Source: a virus
Taxonomy: Duplodnaviria; Caudoviricetes
DNA length: 55,282 nt
IMG/VR virus record: IMGVR_UViG_3300008120_000334
Span: 1-55,282 of that record
Reading direction: 5' to 3' (one strand)
The position numbers and the translations under genes were made by a program. Shown here one piece after another: positions 24,285-33,902 of the stretch (the first letter of the stretch is position 1; every line of letters begins with the position of its first letter). The notes beneath the pieces are model-generated. The model saw nothing but the letters and a program-made list of their open reading frames with translations. It did not search any database and had not been told where the DNA came from.

Positions 24285-24578
24285 ATGTTTTACCGTGTAA
24301 GTGACAGGGAATACCCAAGTATTATATTTGGAGAGGGTAAAATTGTGCTTTATGGAAGAATAAGCACAGATAAACAGGCTACTGAACTGGTCTTTCACAA
24401 TTCGGAAGAGCCAAGAGAAGTAGGGTCTGTTTTTGATAAAGAACTTTGTGACCCCAAGTTTAGCCTTTTCTTCAAAAACAAAAAAGGACTTCAAGTACTT
24501 ATTAAAAACCTTCAAGACCTTGAGCGAAAAATGGAAGGAGAAGATGCAAGATTAAGCGATTTAGGAGAGGGGAACTAA
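24285..24578 (+). CDS. Hypothetical protein
   Basis: Last plus-strand ORF before the terminator. Confidence 0.65.
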   Translation: MFYRVSDREYPSIIFGEGKIVLYGRISTDKQATELVFHNSEEPREVGSVFDKELCDPKFSLFFKNKKGLQVLIKNLQDLERKMEGEDARLSDLGEGN

Positions 24579-24579
24579 C

Positions 24580-24609
24580 AAAAAAGCCGCGTCAAACGAT
24601 GCGGCTTTT
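24580..24609. terminator. Bidirectional terminator between the early and late arms
   Basis: AAAAAAGCCGCGTC-AAAC-GATGCGGCTTTT. Confidence 0.8.
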
Positions 24610-24634
24610 AACATTACCTAACCTATCTCTACTA

Positions 24635-25117
24635 CTAAATCTCTTTTAACTGAAAGTGCATCCCGTCTTTTTTAGCCCAATAGCCGCCCCAATCAAACCC
24701 CGCGTCCTCAAAGCACTTTACAAATCCTGCTGAAAGCGTAGGTTCTGCACCAAATTGATTCCACGCTGCGTTTAGGTCAATAGCCACCGCCCAACAATGA
24801 AGGCTTAACGTTTTCTGTTCCCGCTTTAGTCGAATATTGTACGAACCATCCCACGTTTTCAACTCACCCGAAAAGCCACGTTGAATAAGGTCTCGAAATG
24901 CAGCTTCCAGAGGCTTTACCATGAGCTTGTTAGTATAAATTCGATTGGGCAAAGCGAGTATTGCATCGTTAATACTTTGCGGCACATCCCAACTTACCAA
25001 AAGTCGAGACTCCCAGGCGGCGATTGGCTGTGGCCTCCCCCATCTTTTTTGGCAGTCGTTACTTGTTAGCATTTTGCGACAATTTAAAAAACGGCTTCCA
25101 ATCACTTGCCCATTCAT
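24635..25117 (-). CDS. Endolysin, M15-family peptidase (true start probably MLTSND at 25072)
   Basis: R...SLHCWAVAIDLN...WGGYW..KDGMHFQL. Confidence 0.9.
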   Translation of the reverse strand: MNGQVIGSRFLNCRKMLTSNDCQKRWGRPQPIAAWESRLLVSWDVPQSINDAILALPNRIYTNKLMVKPLEAAFRDLIQRGFSGELKTWDGSYNIRLKREQKTLSLHCWAVAIDLNAAWNQFGAEPTLSAGFVKCFEDAGFDWGGYWAKKDGMHFQLKEI

Positions 25118-25472
25118 TGCGTATCATATCCCAAAGAATAACACCCTCCGAAGCCCAATATGTAATAAGTATGTATTCGAGTAGCATTACTTGAATGGCG
25201 TTATACCCAACCAAAATCTGCACTAAAATACAGAACGCTGCCACCCCCGCGCATTGTTTAAAAAACGCCCGTTTAACTTCCCCATTTCTTGCGTCTTTCA
25301 TACGAATGACGCTTAGAGCCAAAAACGCTACATTTGTAAAAAAGTACAGTGCTTTTATTACAATCGCAGCTATCATGTAAGTGTACACAATTATTACCGT
25401 TGCGTTAGTGAGTGAGAGGCCCCACGAATAAAGCAATTCAATCAACTTTCCCATCGTCTGCTTTTTTTTCAA
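25059..25472 (-). CDS. Multi-TM membrane protein in the lysis cassette
   Basis: Three to four hydrophobic segments; adjacent to the endolysin. Confidence 0.65.
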   Translation of the reverse strand: MKKKQTMGKLIELLYSWGLSLTNATVIIVYTYMIAAIVIKALYFFTNVAFLALSVIRMKDARNGEVKRAFFKQCAGVAAFCILVQILVGYNAIQVMLLEYILITYWASEGVILWDMIRNEWASDWKPFFKLSQNANK

Positions 25473-25770
25473 TTCGTTTATAAGTCCATTTGATTATATC
25501 CAAGTTACCAAAGGCTAAAGCCGCTGCCGCTATTACCATCAATGCGTCAACTGCAATATCTTTCACATTGAAAAATGCGGTTAATAGCGTCAATGTCCTT
25601 TCAGGCAAGAAATAGCCCATCACAGCCCCAAGTACAATACGAAGTAGCACCCTAATCGGTTTTTCGTCTTGGTTCTCTTGTTCTTTGGCAATGTAGGCTA
25701 CCACGCCCACAAACATTCCAATCAAGAGCGTTTTGTTATTACCTGTTTCTATGTATTGTAAAAAATCCAT
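25438..25770 (-). CDS. Holin-like membrane protein
   Basis: Three TM segments, charged C-terminus, lysis context. Confidence 0.65.
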   Translation of the reverse strand: MDFLQYIETGNNKTLLIGMFVGVVAYIAKEQENQDEKPIRVLLRIVLGAVMGYFLPERTLTLLTAFFNVKDIAVDALMVIAAAALAFGNLDIIKWTYKRIEKKADDGKVD

Positions 25771-25784
25771 CTTTTAGCGGGTTA

Positions 25785-26189
25785 TTATGGTTGCCTCAAA
25801 AGTATTACTGCCACTCCTACCGCAACCCCTCCAACCGCCCACGTTGCGCCACGTATTTTTAGCCATCGAATCCGACGTTTTACCGTTTTGATGTTCCACT
25901 CTTTGAGATCCAAAACTTTCATTATTGCAGCTTGCTCGCTTTTGCTTATCGTCCTTTCGTCGCTAAGAATCTGCAACACCAAAACCTTTGAGCGCAACAA
26001 ATCAGGATAATCATTTAGGATTTTGAGCGTGCTATCAATTTCTTTTTGACTTCCGCACAGACAAATTGAATCCGTTTTTTGCGTTGGCTGAATCAAGAAA
26101 AACTTGGCGTGTAGCGTTTGACTTAAAAGGGATAGGCACAGCATTGCGAGTGTTACGCGTTGAATCCAATAATTTAAGTTCTTTTTCAT
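25785..26189 (-). CDS. Putative spanin-like lysis protein (start uncertain)
   Basis: Overlaps the upstream ORF out of frame; coiled coil and C-terminal hydrophobic tail. Confidence 0.5.
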   Translation of the reverse strand: MKKNLNYWIQRVTLAMLCLSLLSQTLHAKFFLIQPTQKTDSICLCGSQKEIDSTLKILNDYPDLLRSKVLVLQILSDERTISKSEQAAIMKVLDLKEWNIKTVKRRIRWLKIRGATWAVGGVAVGVAVILLRQP

Positions 26190-26295
26190 TTTGCTCTATT
26201 CTCTGTTTTAAGTTTGTCTCTTTGCACGTTTTTAAAATCAGCACCAGTGCCGAAATTGCCACCAGCACTAACAATAGTGTCTTTGTTGCCTTCAT
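26035..26295 (-). CDS. Putative i-spanin-like protein
   Basis: N-terminal TM followed by a coiled coil; Rz/Rz1-like overlap. Confidence 0.5.
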   Translation of the reverse strand: MKATKTLLLVLVAISALVLILKTCKETNLKQRIEQNEKELKLLDSTRNTRNAVPIPFKSNATRQVFLDSANAKNGFNLSVRKSKRN

Positions 26296-26308
26296 AGTCC
26301 CAATGCTT

Positions 26309-26842
26309 TTAATATCCGTACTTCTTCAGTTCTGCCTTGGTTATTTTCCTAAAAAATATCCCACCATTTGAGGCAAAGTTTTTATCTTCAGTAGATAGCT
26401 TTTTAAATTGCGCTAACGTAGGCCGACAAAAAATATAACCAGGCACTAAGTCTTGTGGCACTTGCCATAACGAAGAAACCAGCGTAATGTCAGAAAATAA
26501 AGGGTGTTTAATCTCTGTTTTTACATTGCCCCAAAGCGGTTCTAATGTCACGATATAATCCCACGCAAAATAAAACCCGCCTTTAACTTTACCTTTTACC
26601 TTGTAAACATTGATTTTTTTAGCAGGTATATTTCCCGCCTTGTCAGCAATAGCAGGATTAGGGTAAACAAAGCAATTTTTCATCGCATCATTCATGTACT
26701 TTTCAATACTTACGTTGTCAATGGGCTTGCCCACTATCCGAGCGTTTTCCTGAAATTCAGAAAATGCCTCTGGACTCCATCCTCTTTGTGCCTGTGCTGC
26801 CACTCCCGACAACACAAACAATAGTATAATTAGCTTTCTCAT
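26309..26842 (-). CDS. Secreted hypothetical protein
   Basis: Signal peptide MRKLIILLFVLSGVAAQA|Q. Confidence 0.7.
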   Translation of the reverse strand: MRKLIILLFVLSGVAAQAQRGWSPEAFSEFQENARIVGKPIDNVSIEKYMNDAMKNCFVYPNPAIADKAGNIPAKKINVYKVKGKVKGGFYFAWDYIVTLEPLWGNVKTEIKHPLFSDITLVSSLWQVPQDLVPGYIFCRPTLAQFKKLSTEDKNFASNGGIFFRKITKAELKKYGY

Positions 26843-27186
26843 TGTGACGCTTTTTTAGTGTGTTCTTTATCTAACCAATCCAGAAATTTCACTACTCGCT
26901 TTTCAAGCTTTATAAGGTCATTTGTTCTTTCATTCTTACCCAATACTCTACTTATTGTATCAGTCCTTTTCCCGTAAGGGTGCTTATTCCACTTGCCAAA
27001 AATATCGTTAAACAAATCACCGTAGCAAACATTAATCAATACGTCGTAAACGTAACCCAGACTAAAAAAATAGTCGCCTATCGGAATCCTTAAAAAGAGC
27101 CTTCTTATAATGGTATAAGCCAAGCCAAGAGGCATTAGTAAAATAGCCAAAGTTCTGCCTATTAAAAACAACAAATACCCTATCAT
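26839..27186 (-). CDS. Phage membrane-associated hypothetical protein
   Basis: DVLINV..GD...DTISRVLGK...LD..DKEH. Confidence 0.7.
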   Translation of the reverse strand: MIGYLLFLIGRTLAILLMPLGLAYTIIRRLFLRIPIGDYFFSLGYVYDVLINVCYGDLFNDIFGKWNKHPYGKRTDTISRVLGKNERTNDLIKLEKRVVKFLDWLDKEHTKKASQ

Positions 27187-27189
27187 TGC

Positions 27190-27597
27190 CTATTCTTTTA
27201 AGGTGTAACCGTATAGACTCAATAAAGCCACTATTGCCGTGCGCTTTGTGGTATAATTAGTACCTAATAAAGCAGGAATAGTAGTAGTCCAAACGTATTC
27301 CGCTTGCCCTTGCGCTTGTTGTAAAGGCATACCTGCGTCCGTCAAGTTTTGCGTATAACTACCTTGCGTAAATACACGTGAGCGAAACACCGAGCCGTTA
27401 GGTTTATGGAAGTTGATATTCAACTCAATCCCGCTATTTGCCGTACTTGAAATATACCCGTAGGCAACCCTACCAGATATGTACTTTACCGTGTCGGTCT
27501 GTCCTATCTCGTTTTCAAACGATTTAACATTGACCTCCCACAAAGTTTGGGCGTTTGCTGAAACCGCAAACAGTAAAAAGAAAATTAACTTTTTCAT
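27190..27597 (-). CDS. Secreted hypothetical protein
   Basis: Signal peptide MKKLIFFLLFAVSANA|Q. Confidence 0.7.
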   Translation of the reverse strand: MKKLIFFLLFAVSANAQTLWEVNVKSFENEIGQTDTVKYISGRVAYGYISSTANSGIELNINFHKPNGSVFRSRVFTQGSYTQNLTDAGMPLQQAQGQAEYVWTTTIPALLGTNYTTKRTAIVALLSLYGYTLKE

Positions 27598-28329
27598 GGT
27601 ATGCCGAATATTGGTTTTAAACTTGAATAATTCTGTGTTACCTCTGATTGTGTTAAGGCTTTGTTATAGGCACTTACATAAGCTAAGTGTCCACGCAACA
27701 CAGCACAGCAGTAGTTATAGCCTATATAAGCCCCTGTTGACTGAAACTGTGTATTACCAGAAGCTCCGGCCGTTATTGTTGCGTTACCAGTAGCAACGCC
27801 ATCCTTATACCCATAAACTTTGTAACTACCTAATTCAGCCGCTCTATCAAAGACAATAGTAAGTAGATGAAATTGGCTATCTCCTATACCGCTCCCCCCC
27901 AAGCTGCCGTCCTGCCACCCTGCACCCTGCATTTCCTGTGTTAGTAAACAACTGCTCGCTATTGCCAAAGGGGTGTGTAGTTGAATTTCTTCTAATGACG
28001 ATATTTACCGAAAAACTTCCAGAACGTTGCACTGGCACAGTCGCGCTACCTATTGCGTTTGCTGTTGATTGGCTTGAAGGCGTTGAATTGAAATTAAAAA
28101 ATCCTGAGTTATCGTAAGGAATATTGGTGTTCGAGCCGATTGTAAAATGATTACCACTACCGCTAACATCGCTCCACGTAGTGCCACTACCCCCATAACT
28201 TAAAGGGTCTTTGGTATTAAGAATCAACACAGCCCCAGAGACAATAGGAGGTGCATACCAAAACGAATTGACCAGAAATTGCGCTTTTGCTTGCAGACCA
28301 ATCAAAAGCAAAAGAATTAGCTTTTTCAT
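27594..28329 (-). pseudogene. LamG/concanavalin-A-like lectin domain protein split by a frameshift near 27925
   Basis: SYGGSGTTWSDVSGSGNH N-half and HLLTIVFD..VYGYKDG...YNKALTQSEVTQNY C-half lie in different frames; signal peptide present. Confidence 0.7.
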
Positions 28330-31300
28330 TGTCTGTACCCGTTTATGATTATCTTGCCGCCTACCGCAATGCCTGATGACTGGTCAACGTCTATCGTCAT
28401 TGTTGCCCATTTTGCCAGTGATGTGTCACTAATTACCGCAGGTGTTGCAGCCGTTGAACTCTTTGTCTCCGTGTTGTCTAAGGTTAGTTTTGTACTTAGA
28501 ATCGAAACCCCTTCTTCGTTAATGTCAACCGTGAAGACCGCCCCAGAACTTTGCGCTGTTTTCACCGCTAAAAACACCTCTGTTACGGTAAAAGCATAGG
28601 GCATATAAAACGTTTCTTTGCCGTTGCCCGTCGTTATACCCGTCGTTCCGTCGCTAAATGCCACTTCTATACTCTCAAGCGTTTTGTTCTTTGCATCCTC
28701 AACGTAGGCTGTTGTGGCTATTTGCGTGGTGTTTGTCCCTGATGTTGCCGTTGGGGCTGTTGGAACTCCTGTAAACGCAGGATTTGCCAATGTTGCGTAG
28801 CTTGCTATCGTGGCATAAGCCCCTGTGCCTAATGTGCCACCGCTGCCAATGTTTAATGTACTTCCATCCGTTCCAGATAAAGTCAGGCTATTGGCTACGT
28901 TGAACACTTTTGCATCTGTAATGCCTAATGTTCCCGTGGTGGATGATATAGTAAGGCCATTGTAGGTTTTACCCGTTAAGGCTGTTGCTATTTTGCCATC
29001 TGCAATGGCAGTTCCATCCCAAACCCCAGCTCCAATAGTTCCGAGCGTCGTAATATTGCTCGACCCAGCCCAGGTAGATATTGCGGTATTTTCTGCCGCA
29101 CCTAAACCAATGAGTGTTTTTACTTGCGACCCACTTAGAGCCTCAACTATGCCAGTTGCAGCCGTAGCGCGGCCTAATATTGTACCAGAGGCTACGTTTG
29201 CCATCTTAGCCAATGTTACCGAACTATTTGCAATTGTAGCCGAAAACGTACCCGTCCCCGAGCCTGTCACGTCACCAATAAGTGTGATAGTCTGGTCGCC
29301 TGTGTTTGTGCCACTACTCGATCCGCTAAACGTTCCTGATTGGGTTGCCAATGTTCCAAGCCCTAAATTAGTTCTTGCTTGTGCAGCCGTAGTTGCGCCC
29401 GTTCCTCCGTTGGCTATTGCCACCGTTCCCGAAACATTTGAAGCAATACCTGTCGTATTTTGGTTGAAAGTAGGCCACGTAAAAGACCCCGTACTAAAAT
29501 CCCCCGATTGAGGTACGCCCAAGGCAGGGGTCGTTAGCACGGGGCTTGTCGCCAGTACCACATTGCCGCTACCCGTTGTCGTGGCCGCCGATACCGTACC
29601 GCTACCGTTGGCCGTTAAGATACCATTCACAGACCCCGCCCCGCCTTTATTGGCAGGCACTACGTTGTTATAGGTTAAGGTTGTTGACCCTATCACGTCG
29701 CCCGTGTGGGTTGCGTTGCTCACCTTTGCGCTATTAGCCACTACTGCGCTATTAGCCGCTACTGCCGCGTCAAAGTCTGTAATATTGCTTGCAGTATGAT
29801 TGTGGGCCGTGGGCGTTCTTGCGTCGCTTAGTCTTGTGTCGTTACCTTTTACAACCTCACCCGTTGCCGCGTTACCCGTTGCCGCTACATCCAAAGCCGA
29901 AGCTGTACCCAAAGTGGGTTTATTTAAAATTTGGGCATCACCACTTACCGCGTTCCAGTCGGCATTTACGTTGACTTCCGCCCCCGAAGCGATGCCCGCT
30001 AACTTGCTTTTTTCGGCTGCTGTAAAATTGTTCTGACTCAAAGCCCATCCTGAAACTTTGCGAACGTACAAAGTAGTGTCCGACTTTGGTAGGTAAGCTG
30101 CTAAATCTGCTGACACCAAATAAGAGCCAATTGGCTGATAAGTGCTTGCGGCCGTTGCACTCGTTAAGTATGGACTTAACGCACTACTCGTAATATACCC
30201 ACTTGGATTAGTTGAATTATAGGGCGTAAAACCAAGTGCAGTAGTTACTTGACTGGAATTTATCGAAGTTAGATAAGAGCCTTTAGGCTGATACAACCCC
30301 GCCGCTGTGGTCTTTTGCAGAAAGAGTGTTGTGTCTATCGCTGTACCGCTACCACTAATTACAATATTGCCAGACCCCAATAACGACGCGCCATTGACCG
30401 TTTTAATCGTTGTGCCACTCGTTAAAATTTGCTGATAAGTGCTTGCAGCGGTCGAAGTGGTTAAGTACGGGCTTAGTGCCGAACTTGTAATATACCCACT
30501 CGGGTTGGACGCATCATACGGAGTAAAACCAAGCGCGGTCGTTACTTGTGACGAATTAATTGAAGTCAAGTAGCTACCCTTTGGTTGATACAAACCCGCT
30601 GCCGTGGTTTTTCTAAGCAGCCCCGTCGTGTCGGCAATATTTAGCTTTGCCGCTAAATCACTAACCAGATTGGTTACAGTGCTTTGCGCCTGTACGCCCG
30701 TGTGAGTTGAACGGTCACGCAATTGGGCATCCGTGCTGTTGGCCGTTGCCCCCGAAGCAATACCCGCCAATTTGCTTTTTTCGGCTGTGGTGTAGCTATT
30801 TTGGCTTAAAGCCCACCCCGAAACCTTACGCACATAAAGCGTTGTGTCAATTGACGTTCCACCACCACCAGAACCGTCCCCAGGGTCGCCCTTATCGCCC
30901 TTCATTACTTGAGCAAGTACCGTATTAGTCGTGATACTTGTTGCCGAAATGGTCATATTAATGGTAGCATCTACGCCAGTATTAACACTGCCATTGTTAA
31001 ACCCATTTTGTGAAGCTGATACAATCAAGGTTAAAGGTGAAATGCGTCTAACGCCCAAGATTGAATCATCAACTGCAATTTCCAAAGTATTCGACCCTTG
31101 GTAACGCCTCATAGTTGCCGAACTTAAAGGCATCCGAAAAGCCCTAACGTTATTAGTCGCCACAATGCCGCCCGTTGACTTTTTGGCCACCTCCTGACGA
31201 TTAATTGACACGCTAATATCTTGCAGTCTATTCACGTCATAAGCATTGTCAAAGACCAGTAAGGCCGTAAAGCTATCGCCCTGCTTTACTGTTATAGGGC

Positions 31301-31361
31301 TTTGGGAGTACCCTACCAAGGATATTCCCAAAAAAAGTAGCAAAATTTTGAATTTATTCAT
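28326..31361 (-). CDS. Tail-fibre-like repeat protein (1011 aa) with N-terminal signal peptide
   Basis: AEKSKLAGIA x2, ~60-aa duplicated block, ANGGTGATTAAQARTNLGLG, PTAPTA..GTNTTQIATTAYV; MNKFKILLLFLGISLVGYS|Q. Confidence 0.8.
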   Translation of the reverse strand: MNKFKILLLFLGISLVGYSQSPITVKQGDSFTALLVFDNAYDVNRLQDISVSINRQEVAKKSTGGIVATNNVRAFRMPLSSATMRRYQGSNTLEIAVDDSILGVRRISPLTLIVSASQNGFNNGSVNTGVDATINMTISATSITTNTVLAQVMKGDKGDPGDGSGGGGTSIDTTLYVRKVSGWALSQNSYTTAEKSKLAGIASGATANSTDAQLRDRSTHTGVQAQSTVTNLVSDLAAKLNIADTTGLLRKTTAAGLYQPKGSYLTSINSSQVTTALGFTPYDASNPSGYITSSALSPYLTTSTAASTYQQILTSGTTIKTVNGASLLGSGNIVISGSGTAIDTTLFLQKTTAAGLYQPKGSYLTSINSSQVTTALGFTPYNSTNPSGYITSSALSPYLTSATAASTYQPIGSYLVSADLAAYLPKSDTTLYVRKVSGWALSQNNFTAAEKSKLAGIASGAEVNVNADWNAVSGDAQILNKPTLGTASALDVAATGNAATGEVVKGNDTRLSDARTPTAHNHTASNITDFDAAVAANSAVVANSAKVSNATHTGDVIGSTTLTYNNVVPANKGGAGSVNGILTANGSGTVSAATTTGSGNVVLATSPVLTTPALGVPQSGDFSTGSFTWPTFNQNTTGIASNVSGTVAIANGGTGATTAAQARTNLGLGTLATQSGTFSGSSSGTNTGDQTITLIGDVTGSGTGTFSATIANSSVTLAKMANVASGTILGRATAATGIVEALSGSQVKTLIGLGAAENTAISTWAGSSNITTLGTIGAGVWDGTAIADGKIATALTGKTYNGLTISSTTGTLGITDAKVFNVANSLTLSGTDGSTLNIGSGGTLGTGAYATIASYATLANPAFTGVPTAPTATSGTNTTQIATTAYVEDAKNKTLESIEVAFSDGTTGITTGNGKETFYMPYAFTVTEVFLAVKTAQSSGAVFTVDINEEGVSILSTKLTLDNTETKSSTAATPAVISDTSLAKWATMTIDVDQSSGIAVGGKIIINGYRQ

Positions 31362-33341
31362 AGGTAGTTTCTTTAATATCTACATGAGTTGTGCTTAGTC
31401 CTTCTTCGTCAGGATTTACCGCTGACACCCATCCCGCGTTGGTGTTGTTAGGGTTGTTCGTTGCTGTCAGTACGTGCGTCCAGTTATAGGTCATGGTGCT
31501 ACTTACCGTTGGCAACGTTCTACTTTGCCCCGTCACGTAGGTACTTACGCCTAATTGTGAGTCGGCCAAAAATGAAAGTGTAGTACCATTGATTGAATAA
31601 TACACCGCCTCATCCCATTCCGCCTCTGTGTCATAAAACACGTAGATAGTCCACGTTGCGCCCTGTGCATAAGCTGTACGCATTAAGCGTGAAGGCCCGA
31701 TTCTATGACCATTTGCGCTTAGTGCGTCTTTATCCATTTCCTGACCAAACTCTTTAGTCGGCAAAGTTCCACGTAACAGAGACATCATGCGAGCAAAACC
31801 CTTTAGGTAGTTGCTACCCACGTGTGCGCCATCCGTTGCGCCAATTGAAGAAAAGATAATATCAAAATCCCGTAGCATTGAAACAATTCCCGAAGCCCAA
31901 AACACCCCTTGCCCCGTCAAGCCCTCCGTAAGATAGGCCGCAACCTTAATGCCTGTATTGGTGCTTGTCAAAGCCGCATCTACGCTGTTAGGGTTTTTTG
32001 TTGCCTGAATTACTTTTTGGACCAGTCCTTTGTACGCTGGTTGTCATTGTAGCCTACTTGCCCAGAATATAAGGCTGGTCTATAATGCCCAATTTCAACC
32101 GCGTTAAATGTTGGCAGGTTTACACCCCAAGCAGAATTTAAGGCCGAAACAGTACTATACTTGCTTTGTAGCCATACTTTGAAATCGTTGGTTGTGGCAT
32201 TGTTATAGTCTCCGTCGTCAATGTTTCCGCCAAATTCAGAGGTATAAAACCCTGTTTCGTTGCTGCCTCCGTCTATAAACAAAAACTCTTGACAGGCCGC
32301 TTTTGCCGCAGGGTTGTTATTAATGTAGTCCGCAATGCGAGCGATAAGTTTTAACTGTCTTGCGGCATAGTTTGGATTTGCTTTACAACCCCAAGCCCCC
32401 TCAATGTTTGAGGTAGCCCTGCGGCCAGAGCGCAATAGCATTGCCGCGCCCAAATCAATGTAGGCGTTTGATGAATTGTTTTCCATCCCGTCAAAGGCAA
32501 ACAAAAACGGCAATTGCAATACAATCTTTAAATTTTTGCTGGTAAAATACGTTACAGCATTACCAATAACCGTGAAATTGTAAACGTCTTGTGAAGGCTC
32601 AATCCACCACCATTTTAGGGGTAGCGTTATGTGAGTAGCCCCACCATCTACAACCTTTGCAACCTTACTGTCATTGCTACTTAGGCTTTCCCAATCCCAC
32701 TCGACTTGGTTGTGACATAATACTTTTCTTGAAAATGGGTCTGTGTTTTCATCGGTTGCCGTAACGCTTACTACATTTGAGAAGTTAGACGATTCGCCAG
32801 TACTTTGCCTTGCCTTCATCCGAAAGAAATACAGTGTATCGGTTTCCAAGTCCGTCACCTCCGCAGTTCGTAGCGAATTGCTGTAAATACCGCCCGTTAA
32901 ATCACTCCACGTCTCACCATCAAAGCTAACCTGCGTAAAGTAGTCCGTTGCGCCAGAGTGTACCCAGTTCAATTCTATCGTATCAGCATTTACGCTTTCG
33001 GCCTCCAATATTGGAGGACTTAAAGGCTCTGGAATTACAACCCCGCTGCCGATTGTAAAAGTAAAAGGTACACTCTCACCTTCGCAATTGGCCGAACTGC
33101 CTACCAATTCGTAAACACCGTTTGCTACGCCCGAAAGGTCTATCTGGCATTGCACATCACCACTTACGCAGTTTACAGTACCTTGCTTTACAGGCACTCG
33201 ACACCCCTCAACGCGTACCGCCCAATTTAAGGGGTTTACATTGCAAGCATCAAACGACACATTGTAGGTAGTGCCACTTGATAGCGCAACCTTCGTGAAA
33301 AACCAGTGCTTTGTACAGCACCCGCAGGTAGGTTTACTCAT
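31354..33341 (-). pseudogene. FN3 + glycoside-hydrolase-like (GH42/GH-A TIM barrel) protein split by a frameshift near 32015
   Basis: FN3 domain, WWWIEPSQDVYNF and FKVWLQSKYSTVSALNSAWG motifs; the downstream 205-aa frame is open across the upstream stop and lacks its own good start. Confidence 0.65.
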
Positions 33342-33837
33342 TTGAGTTTTCGATTAATGTTGTGCTTACAATCGAAATTAAGTTCACGATTGGAAGGGCT
33401 GGCAAGTACTCTGTTTGCCCCGTTGTTGGATTGGTTGTTGTGCGCTGGTAAGGCTGTAATTTTTCAATCTCTTCCTCTGTTGGAAACTCCTCCAACTTCA
33501 AAAGAGGGCTTGTAATTACAATCTCTTTTTTGTCGCAGGTGCGTTGTAAATCATACAATTTACTTTGCAAATCAAGCACGTCGCCAGCGGGAACATATTG
33601 GGTATTAGCCGCCTGTGCAGCCGCTTTCCCAGACGAAAGTTTTTGGTTAAATTCAATTTCTTTCGGAGTCAATTCGTCGTAGGCCGCAGAAACTTTTTGC
33701 TCAAGTTCTCGTTTTAAAACCCAAAGCTTGTTTTTGTACACTTGCTTTCCAGCCGATGCCGACCATAAGCCCGTCACTGCAATCAATAACTCTGTATTCG
33801 CTTCCTTTGCTGTCACTTTTACGCTTTGCTTTGCCAT
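33334..33837 (-). CDS. Hypothetical tail-associated protein
   Basis: Helical ORF following the large tail protein. Confidence 0.7.
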   Translation of the reverse strand: MAKQSVKVTAKEANTELLIAVTGLWSASAGKQVYKNKLWVLKRELEQKVSAAYDELTPKEIEFNQKLSSGKAAAQAANTQYVPAGDVLDLQSKLYDLQRTCDKKEIVITSPLLKLEEFPTEEEIEKLQPYQRTTTNPTTGQTEYLPALPIVNLISIVSTTLIENSNE

Positions 33838-33902
33838 GTTTTTGTTCTGTTTTTGTAGTACGAAGATAATAAATTATTTATAATTAGTCTAATTGCAAAT
33901 AG

